A DNA stretch of 64,000 bases from Nymphaea colorata (Eukaryota). Below are positions 51,964 to 62,203 of this stretch, in pieces. Positions within the stretch are counted from its first letter, which is position 1; each line of letters starts with the position of its first letter. The stretch spans positions 1,302,001 through 1,366,000 of the forward strand of contig NC_045138.2 in assembly GCF_008831285.2 (NCBI RefSeq), in the 5' to 3' direction. The notes under the pieces are model-generated. The model was given only the letters and a program-made list of their open reading frames with translations. It ran no database searches and was not told the origin of the DNA. The translations under genes and the position numbers were made by a program.

Positions 51964-53330
51964 AAGCCTTTTGCACCATTCCAATCTTGTTAACCTGATT
52001 GGATACTGCGCAGATGGTGATCAGAGGCTTTTGGTGTATGAATACATGTCAATGGGCAGCTTGGAAGACCATCTGTTTGGTAATTTAGATTGTTCTTCCT
52101 TTTGATTTTCGTTGGTTTCTTGCCTTGGTGAACTACTTGTCATGTTTCAATTGTACGTGAAAATGCTGGTTGATTTTTGTTCTTGGATTGTTGTCTTCTT
52201 GTAGAGCAAAATGTTTGCACCTGACTCTCAACTAAATCATCAAAATGCTTGTATTTGTGTGGTATCACGGCCCTTGTAACTTCTGAATCCTTCTTTAGAC
52301 GAGTTTCTAGCCTCACTATTCTTTTGAAATTGTATCAGCTATTTGTTTGAGAACATAACAGTTTGATCGTCTTGTCTTTCTATGCTAGTTAAGCCCATTG
52401 TCACAAAAAACGGGAACGGGTATTAAACGGCGAGAAAAAAAACGGGTATAATACGGCAAAGTTTTATATATCGGAAATAAAACGAGAAAAGTTCAGCAAA
52501 TTTTTTTAAAAAATTAAACATTTAATACATCTTAAAAATTATAAAAAATAATAATTAATAAAAAAACGAGAAAATAACGTATAATACAGGTATTATACAG
52601 GTATTAAACGGGTTTTTTGACGTTTGTTTTTTAAAACGGGAATAGTACGGGTATTATACGGCAGAACTGTTCTTGGCATTAAATACGCGTTTTTTTAAAA
52701 AAAAACGGCGTTTTTTGTGACAATTTAAGCCATGTTTGTCATTGTGATAAATGCTTGAAAGCATGGTAACTAAGCCATGTCCACGAGAGAAGCACTAGTA
52801 CAAGAAATTACGTGTTTGTTATTGTCAACTTCTTGGTTGGACAAAATACCAAGTCTACCCAAAGTAGAATTTTTCTCTTGAAAATTGATTTGCTTTTTGC
52901 AACTCATATTCTTCTGAAGATGTTTCCTGTGCTCTTCAAATTAGTGTTTTCATTCAACCAAGTAACATGAGATATCGCACTTGTGATCTGAACCTTCTTA
53001 GGTTTTTCTTTCTTTTTTTCTGGTGTTAGGCTGGTAGATGTGAAGATGTTTCTGAATTGACCTGCATTTTAATGAATATACTGGTTTTCATGTTTTCTAC
53101 ATGCACCTCTGTTTGGTTCATTTGTAAGCTTGTGTCGAGTTCTTTGGGTCCGAGACTGAACAGATGTTATTGTCAGAAACTCAATTGCTGAAGAATGCAA
53201 GTGTTAATTTGCACTTTTTTTTTTCAATTCAGATGTCCAACCTGGAAGAAGACCTCTTGAGTGGAATACTCGTATGAAGATTGCAGTTGGTGCAGCTAGA
53301 GGTGTAGAGTATTTGCATGACAAAGCAAAT
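51964..53330 (+). pseudogene. Fragment of an RLCK-VII (PBS1-like/PBL) receptor-like cytoplasmic kinase gene, mirrored on the minus strand at 50759-51795
   Basis: [38 protein letters not shown] | GT-AG intron 52080-53232 | [33 protein letters not shown]. Covers about kinase subdomains III-VIa only. Confidence 0.93.
52396..52724 (+). mobile_element. MITE (same family as 513-880) inserted in the right palindrome arm
   Basis: CATTGTCACAAAAAACG ... CGTTTTTTGTGACAAT with duplicated TTAAGCC. The left arm (~51360-51372) shows the empty site. Confidence 0.92.
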
Positions 53331-54892
53331 TTGTATTATTTAGTGAGTATTTTCAACTCACTAAATAATACAAATTTAATTAGCTTAAGACAAAATCACG
53401 TTGATAATTCATAACACATAGAACAAAAAAGATCAAATAAATTAGTCCCAATCTCTTAGGTGCTCTACAGTTTTAATCATTTCTTTCATGTTATCTCGAA
53501 ATTGGTAACAACGCGATGCACTTAATTTACAAAAACGGTCTCAATTTTTGATGTGGTTTCCATTTTCTAACTACAAAACTTTGGACAGCAGGCATGAGGG
53601 GGCAGAGCCAAGCGGGGCTCACATGGGCCTTGGATCCAGATTAATTTTTTTCAATTTATATATATATATGAGATTTTGAATTGAGCATTTATTATGCTGT
53701 CCTATCTTTTGACAGTCAAATAGGATAAGGTCGGTCAAAACACATAAAATTCAATGAAACAAAGGATATTCCGAAAGAAAAAATGAAAAATCATAAATTC
53801 ACGTGAGTTTGTTTCCTCACTCGTCTAGCAACAGCTAAGCTGACCAAAAACCGGTCTCCAACAAAACAAAAATATAATTAACAATAATTAAAAATACAGC
53901 CCACTAAGATTTAGGATCATCCTTTTGGCAGTCAAAGAAGAAAACATGTAGAATTTTGGGCTTCAGACGCGACCATCGACATTGGACTGCTCTTTCTTGA
54001 TATTCATAAATAAACGGGAATATCGATCGCCATTCCTCTAAACGCTACCTGAATTGATGTTCCGTGTGTTCTCGAGAGAGATTCATGGCGGATTTTGGGC
54101 ACCAATTCATTTCTTTTATCTTTCCCATGATGAGAGGTTCCTAATCCTACGTCTTTTTACTGTTTTCTCTTTTTTTTTTTAGTCTTTTAATGAGGTGTAG
54201 GTACACTTATTAATTAAATTGACTAAATTTTGCATCTTGAGAGTCGAACTCTTGACCTCTTTAAGTCAAAGTTGTTAGGGCAGCTTGATTATATTTGAAT
54301 TAGCGTAGTTTTGTTAATACCAAAATTGGAAATGCTACTCTCAATTTTTATTGGTGCTAGGAAGCTGTGCAAGAAAAGTAAGTGTTTATGAAAAATAGAT
54401 AATTTTGTATTTTAATTGTTGTCTTGAGGGAAATCCACTTATAGATATATGTAAAAAAAATGCTTGTATTTTTTCTATGTTGGAGATGAAAAAAAAAAAG
54501 AAAAAAGAAAATCGATAATTTTATATTTGGTCTATTTTTGGGTTACCGAAGATTAATTGCAATACATTTCCAATATCACTAAACGTACATGTCCTGTTTA
54601 GCAGGTTTTTGTTTGCTCCATCTCTCATCAAAACAGGTCCAAAATTTATGAACTGATGAAAAACGGGTTACATTAAACGTCGTTTGGCAGCAGCAGCAAG
54701 AACACTCCATGAGTGTTCCTATGAACCTATTCTAAATATTAACGTAAAATCTTGTAATACTTTAACTATTGTTCCTGAAATATGCTTTAATTTATGGAGC
54801 AGTTCAAGGAACACTTCATGATGTCACCAAATATTAAGGTAAATTCATAGAACACTTGAACTATGGTTTCTTAAATATGCTTTAATCTATGG

Positions 54893-55182
54893 TAAAGCTG
54901 GGCATTGGGCCGGGCTGCCAGCGGGTACTCGGTACTCGGACCCAAGCCAGGAAAAAAGGACACCAAGCTAGCCCAAGAAAGCCGACTGGGTCCGATAAAT
55001 TTTTTAATATTTTTTATCAATATATATATATATAATATTTTATTACTATTAATTATATTTATATATTATTTTAGATTAAAAATATGTTTTTTAATTTAAT
55101 CGGGCTGGACTCGTTTTTTTTATGGCTGGACCAAGCCCGGGCCTGAGTTTTGGGTGTCAGGCCCGGCCCATACCCAAGCTTA
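54893..55182. mobile_element. hAT-like MITE (GGGCC-rich family)
   Basis: TAAAGCTGGGCATTGGGCCGGG ... CCCGGCCCATACCCAAGCTTA; 8-bp TSD ATCTATGG/ATTTATGG. Confidence 0.8.
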
Positions 55183-55284
55183 ATTTATGGAGCAGGAATA
55201 TTTCCTCAGTGTTTACACTTTACATGAACCTACTCCAAATATGAAGGTAATTCATATAACACTTGAACTATTGTTCCTTGAATA

Positions 55285-56274
55285 TAAAGGTGAACATGAG
55301 CCAAGTCGAGCTCGTGTTCAGCCAGCTCGAGCTCAGCCCGACTAATGAAATCTCGAGCTCGACCAAAGCAACTCCAGCTCAACTCGGCAGAATTTGATGA
55401 GCTCGAGCTCGATTAAGCTCGACAAACTCGACTCACTGCTTCCCCTTGAAATCATGGAGATCTACCACCGGACCACCACTATTGTCTTCACCACTGCCAA
55501 CACCAACCATTGGCATTTTCACCTGCTTCTCCCCCACCCAGAATCCACCTTTACGCCCAGCAATGGTTAGGGGGCTTCCGCTCAAGCTAGTGTTTCTAAA
55601 ACCCTCACCCGAAAAACCCACATTTGGGCATACCCTCGCCCAAGCCAGGAAGTGAGGGAAACCCTCGCTTGGCCAAAACCTTCAGCCAAGCGAGGGTTTC
55701 ATAAAGCCTCCCTTTTGGAAAAACGGAGAGAGAGTGTGAGATCAAAGAGGGAGAGAGAGAAGGGGAGAGTAGAGGGAGAGGCTTGCACAAAACTAGAGAT
55801 ATATATATATATATATATTAAAGAGGGGAACAGAGAAGGGGAGAGTAGAGGGATAGGAGAAGTAGAGAGCAAGAGGGTGTACCTTAGTGTTGATGTTGTA
55901 GCCTGCAGTTTGAAGAATCGGTGGCCGGTGGGGGTTCATGAGAATGAGGGAGAAAACTAGTGAAGAGAGAGATATGAGAAGCCAGCAAGTAATAAAATTG
56001 CAAAGAAGAAGAAGAAGAAGAAGAAGAAGAAAGAGCGGAGAGAGAACGCACAGGATGAAATGAAACGTAAAATGAAAAAAACAAAATAAGTATTGCTTTT
56101 GCTCGAGCCGAGTCGAGCTGGCTCGACTAAAAAAAACGAGTTGAAAAATGAGCTGGAGCTTTGCTCAATAAAAAAAATGAGTCGAAAAAATGAGCTCGAG
56201 CTCGGCTCGAACTCGATTTCGAGTCGAGTTTTAACGAGCCGAGCTCGAGTTGCTTGGCTCGTTGTTCACCCCTA
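55285..56274. mobile_element. Non-autonomous hAT element (CTCGAG-rich subterminal repeats)
   Basis: TAAAGGTGAAC ... GTTCACCCCTA with a perfect 8-bp TSD CTTGAATA. Confidence 0.88.
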
Positions 56275-56685
56275 CTTGAATATGCTTTGGTCTCTGGAGG
56301 ACTTCAATGAACACCCACAAGAGTGTTCTTTTGCCAAACGACTTTTTAGAAATTAGATTTTTCTCTCAGTTCATACGATGTATTCAAACTCAAGATTTGA
56401 CGTCAGATGTTAAGCTGCTCTGCTGGTTCCTAACTTTAAAAAGCTATTGCAAACCTGCCAATTAAAGGTTTATGGTTAGGTTCCTCAGACGAAATGGGAA
56501 CACTTATCCCTTGAAACTTGGGATAGTTTATCACAGGACTCTCGTAAAATATGCCAAATCTGGTTGCAAGTGGTTCAGATCTGGTCCCAGCAGGATGTTG
56601 TTTCGCTAGGCCTGGGAAACTAGCTAAACAAAGTTGTCATTTGCTTATAAGAAACCTGCTGGAACTCGTAAAATCCACACTGAAT

Positions 56686-56716
<31 letters not shown>

Positions 56717-57300
56717 TTAAAAATTTTTGGAGTCCATAAGCATTGGATCCAAAAATGAAATGTTGACCATAATTGCATCTTTCTTATAACAAAAACATGG
56801 TACTATTGAAAGACGTGCACTATAAAAACATGTATGTATATAGAAACATGTATCCTAGAAATAACATTGAAACATTCACTGATTAGAGCGCGAAGAATAT
56901 ACAACCCTTCAAAGATGCACCACCTTGGGTTTTCCGCCCATTTGTTTAGTCGATATAAATTGTGATTCGTATCTTGTAGATATTCTGATGTGCATGCTAA
57001 TGCATTTTGTTACTTGATTCATCTAAAGATTTGTTGTTTGTATGACACAGAAGCCCATCCCACTATATATATTAATACCTTTTGGGGTGAGCAGGAGGCT
57101 AATCCCAATATCTGAGTGAAGCGGAAAGCCTCTTCTTTTTCTTTGATCCTCCAAGAGGCTATAGCTACTTTTGATGCTTTAGAGTGATGTTCTTGTTGTA
57201 CTTGTAGTTGCATATTTGTGTTTTGACACCACAAAAGTAATTTAAAAATTTTCATGCATCCTATAAAAGGGCCTTCCTAGTGAAAAATTCATGGTGCCAC

Positions 57301-57571
57301 CCCAAACCCCAACAACATAATATTTCGCAGGACACTTGCAGTTCACCTATTAGTGAAACCGCGTTGTTCCTAACCCAAACAACATAATGTTTGGTAGGAC
57401 ACGTGCAGTTCACCTACTAGTGAAACACCGCGTTGTTCCTAACCTAAACAACATAATATTTCACAGGACACGTGCAGTTCACCTACTAGTGAAACACCGC
57501 GTTGTTCCTAACCCAAACAACATAATATTTCACAGGACACGTGCAGTTCACCTAGTAGTGAAACCGCGTTG
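57301..57571 (+). repeat. Tandem repeat, 67-69-bp unit x4
   Basis: AACAACATAATATTTCACAGGACACGTGCAGTTCACCTACTAGTGAAACACCGCGTTGTTCCTAACCC repeated. Confidence 0.92.
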
Positions 57572-57900
57572 TGGATATCATGGGCAATTGTCACACCAGC
57601 CCTTGCATTAGTACTTCATTTTTTATCTTTTTGTCTACATATGAGTACCAAATTTAAATTATTATGCATTTTATAATAATTAAAGTAGTTATAAATGTGA
57701 TTATCGCTTCCTTGTTACGCAATTAGGTTTGTGGTTTTGGTTTATTAGTGGTAGCATAATGGGCAATTGTATTTGTTCAACTATCATTTTGCTGTATTTA
57801 ACATTCAATTTTAAAACCAAGTTTTTGTTTCCTATTGTCATCCAAGCAGAGAAACCAGGTTCTGTAGGTTTTAAGAAGGTGTCATCCCAACACCCTTTGA

Positions 57901-58302
57901 AGGGCTGTTTGATGGATTAGAGATATGGAATGAGAAATAAGATCATGGAAACTTATTTCCAAGAAAATGGAATGGAAAATTTCCTTCCCATTCCATTTGT
58001 GCCGAGTGTGTGAATGGATTGGAAGATGTTTCCTAAAAACATTCTTCTTGACTTGACAGCATGGAGAAGGTAAAAGCAAGAAAGGTAAAAAAACAAACAT
58101 TTTCCATGCACCTTTCAACTGTCATTTTTTTGTCTAGAAAATCTAGTCCAACCCCTTGGGGTGGGACTAAGTTTCTGGAAATGTCTTTCCAAATCACCCC
58201 AACGTTTTTTTTTTTTTTTCATCCCATGTTTATGAATAAAAATTATTTTTAAAAAATTTGAATTTTATTTCCATCACCACTGCCCATCAAAAAAAGAGAC
58301 CT
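57901..58302. mobile_element. Tourist-like MITE
   Basis: GGGCTGTTTGATGG ... CCCATCAAA termini. Confidence 0.55.
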
Positions 58303-59442
58303 TATAGTTATAGCCTCTCATAAGGGACGACGTGTTATGGGGCTAAAATAATGAAAATGTTTTTAAATCATAGTCACAAACAATGCGTTTTTTTTTTAAA
58401 TAAAACTAAAAAAATGTGATAAATTAAATGGCATTTAAAACTTATAAAAACACGTTTTTTAAAAAAAATGTTAAAAACAAAAAACGTGTTTTTCACTTTT
58501 TCTTTTTTTAATGTCAAACACTTTTTTTTTATTTTGTATTTGTTGCAAATATATTTTTATTAGTTTCTGAGTTATTTTATTTTTTTATCTTTTATTTTTA
58601 AAAAAAATTACTATATTTTTCTCTCTTTCTTTTATTTTAAATCGAAATCCGAAGTCATGGACGCCAAGGAACTCTCCTCTCTCCCCGAGGACGCTGAAGA
58701 AGAGCCGCTGTCGAACCTTCCTCCGTCGGCGTCCCCGATCGTCCGCCGATTCCGTACGATCTTTCCCTTTTTCTTTCATTTTTGCGTTTCACGTCCTTTC
58801 GTTTGCGTGGTTTCAGGAGAAGTCTCCAATCATTGTCCTCGAATTGTTTTCCAGATTAGAATTATCTCTGATTTACGATGTAGTCAGTTTTATTTTCTTC
58901 TGTTTCTGCATACTCCGAGAAAAAAAGGAAAGGTTGATGTTTGATACCTTCCCCGAGCTTCCACTGTTCAGTATGCTTTTGATTGCCGTCGTTAGACTTC
59001 ATGTTTAAGCTTGTGGAATCAATATGTGCGCTTCATTCGAGGGAGGTCGTTCGAGGATGGGACACCTTTATAAATGAATCTGTCTCTCGGTCTCAACATA
59101 CTCGACGAGTCTCAATTGTTTCGAATTTTTTATTTTTAGAATGGGATATTTACAGAATCCCATGAAGACAGAAGTTATTTATTTTTCTAAAACCTTTTAT
59201 AAGTTTTATTCCTGATCTAATCGAATATCGACCGATCCAATCAGAAAAAAATAGATATGAAAAAAAGTTTTATATTTGATTACGGCATCCGATAGGATTC
59301 AAATTCAGATATACATAAATTTGATACTTCTTTTTCTAAAAAACGCTTCTTTAAAGATTCTTGAGGCATCCAATTTACTCATGATGGTTTTAATTAATGG
59401 GTCATGTTTTCTTCCATCACACACACATCAAATCTCTCTTTT

Positions 59443-59477
<35 letters not shown>

Positions 59478-60510
59478 GTTTTGGATCCCAAAAGCAGATT
59501 CTAGTTTTCAGCCCTAAGGCAAAAATGTATATAACAAATAACATATATATATTGAAATACATATATACGCACATATAATATAATTTATATAATTTATATA
59601 TATTATAATATGTATATACATATGTTACATTATTATTATAATACTTGTTATTATATTACATACATGTATAAGTTAATATACATATTATAATAGTTTATAA
59701 GGTTAGCGATATCAATATATCCGATTTGAATTGGATATCAGATCTGAAAAAATTGGATGTAAAAAAAAATTATTATAAAAAATCGAATCAGATTCAGATT
59801 TAATAAATGACATTCGATCACATTCGAGTTCAGTTTTGGATATACATAAAGATCCAATCGGATTCTGATCGAATTTATTTTTAAAAAAATATCCAATATC
59901 TAATGCTATCAATTTTGAAAATTAGCAAAATTCAAATTTAGATTCAGATATAAATATAAAAATCGGATATGGATTGGATTCAGATTGTAAAACTGAATTT
60001 CGGATTGACTTTTCTTTATTTGAATTTGAATATGAATATGTGAATATTCGAAAAAATAGATATTATTAAGAATATATCCGATCCAAATCTCATCCGTTGA
60101 CATCCCTATATACAATGTCATAAGTATTCATATTATATATACGTATATATGTCATTATAACATATATAATGTATATAATATTATAATAGTTTTTTATATT
60201 ATATAGTAACACATTATAATATAGTTATATAAAATATTAGAAGGTCCGAAACCAAAATATTCCTGATTGAAAAAAGAATCGACATAATTCAAAAAGTTCC
60301 ATTAAGACTCAAATTAAAAGAATGAGACGGAAAAAAGCCACACCACAAAATAGTTCTTGTTAGGGACTCCAACACATGAACAGGGCAGTGTGTTTGTCCT
60401 TTAATTGACGGCACAATCTTGAAGATCTGATGTCCAAATCAAATTTTTGTAATCAACATTTGGATAACTAACCATCTTTGTTTTCTTAGCCTATAATATT
60501 CAATTTAAAT

Positions 60511-60864
60511 CATAGTCACCGAAAAAAAAGACGCAATAAATTAAATGGTCGTTCAAAACTTTAAAAAACGTGTTTTTTTTAAACGTTAAAAAAACATGTT
60601 TTTAACGTGTTTTTTCAAAAAAAAAAATTATTTTTTAGTTTTTTTAATGCCAAACAATTTTTTATTTTTTATTTTTGTTTGTTGCAATTCCACTTATTTT
60701 GTGATGTTTGTATTATTAGTTTCTCACTTATTTTATTTTTTCTCTATTTTTAAATTTTTAAAATGCTTGTACTTTTTTCTTTTTTTCTGTTTTTTTTAAG
60801 TTCTTTGTATTATACATAAGAAAAACCTCACTTTTAAAATTCCGAGAAGTTATTTATAACTATG
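60511..60864. mobile_element. hAT-like MITE; a truncated relative lies at ~58369-58640
   Basis: CATAGTCAC ... ATAACTATG with near-TSD ATTTAAAT/AATTAAAT. The 5' half is similar to 58369-58620. Confidence 0.65.
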
Positions 60865-62168
60865 AATTAAATATTGTATATTGATTTTTCGTCTTGAGAC
60901 CAAGACGACCCAAATGATCTGTATCCAAAATGGTTCAGTTAAAGTTACAACAAATTCGGGCCCGATCCATTTGCGTCTGCGTTCATGCCAAAGAAATCAT
61001 GAAGCTAATTGTGTTCCCATCTGAAAACAAAAGATAAGAAAGAATGTGATGTTTGTTTCCTTTAGCTCTTGATATTTATCTTTTCTCATTTGCCGACAAA
61101 GAGCTCCGTGTAAAAGAGATCGAGTGTTTGCCACCAGATTGAATTATCATTTGCATAATGGAGAATTGAAATTAGCGGGCCCAGCTAAAAGCAGTCTAAA
61201 CCATCGCCAGTGTCCTTAGGGTGGCCATTGAAATGCTTATGTTAAAAGCACCTTAAACCGTTTATAAAAGCATCACTAGTTATTGCTGCACCACAGATAG
61301 TCACTAATACTCTTTCGGCGACTCTTTTTTTAGCCATAAACTTTTTAATTTTTAGTCATCCGACAACATTTAATATCTCAAGAGCTCCCCTAGTTGTGCA
61401 CACACACACATGCAAATATAACTGGTAGAGATCTATTTAATTCCTCATTCAACCATCAAAAAAACTAAAATTATCATAAAGATCACTAATATCAAATCAG
61501 ATTGAACACCTTCCTATCGTGTTACAAGTTTCATTTTATTTTCAAGTTAAAATTCTGATGGATACTTCTTCCTTTGAAAAGCATTTTACGTAGCAAAACA
61601 TGAGACATCCAAGGATAACACCTTTCCAATTTACGTGAAGAAAGCCCGTTAAATGTCACTGAAAGCACCATAAATTGTCGTTAAAAACATAATAAACTAC
61701 GTTGTATCATTTTATATATATTTATATTGTGCGTGCCATTACATATATTACATATATAAGGTCCCGTTTGATGAACAGAAATTTTATTGTGCATCCAGGA
61801 AAACTGCAAGTTTTTGTACAATTTTTTCTTTTCAAATCACACACAAGAAAAATTACCATGGTAAATTAGATAGAACAGAATAATTTTTACCATGGATTTT
61901 TTTTTTCCATAGTAACTTTAACGTTTCAAAGTTCACCTTGACATCAAACTGGACCTAAAAGCGAAATGAAAAATAAAAAAATGACATCAACCTAATGGTG
62001 GCCTGTTCTTAAGAGGTCAAACACATACACAGGGTGTTCGTCTTTAGACGGACAGCAAAGTCTGGAATATCTGGTGGTCAAATCGAGTTTTTTTAAATCA
62101 TGGGAAATTTAAGACTAGCCATTTTACTTTCTTAGCTTATAAAATCCAAGTTAGACATTGTATTTATC

Positions 62169-62203
<35 letters not shown>

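Larger units (their letters stand above)
50759..53330. repeat. Near-perfect 2.6-kb palindrome (arms 50759-51865 and 51892-53330, ~26-nt loop)
   Basis: The arms are continuous reverse complements over ~1.1 kb with roughly 10 substitutions, apart from a MITE in the right arm. Confidence 0.97.
46338..54000 (+). repeat. Multi-kb non-coding module, copy C, interrupted at ~47750-49560 and ~50735-53350
   Basis: Collinear with copy A and with the reverse complement of copy B on both sides of each insertion. Confidence 0.8.

Noticed and set aside
50759..53330. Functional kinase gene, or pure assembly artefact
   Set aside because: Only about subdomains III-VIa are present. Arm-specific substitutions and a one-sided MITE with a TSD argue against a read fold-back artefact.
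57301..57571. CRISPR array or Helitron 3' ends
   Set aside because: No unique spacers, and no convincing GC-rich hairpin before CTAG.
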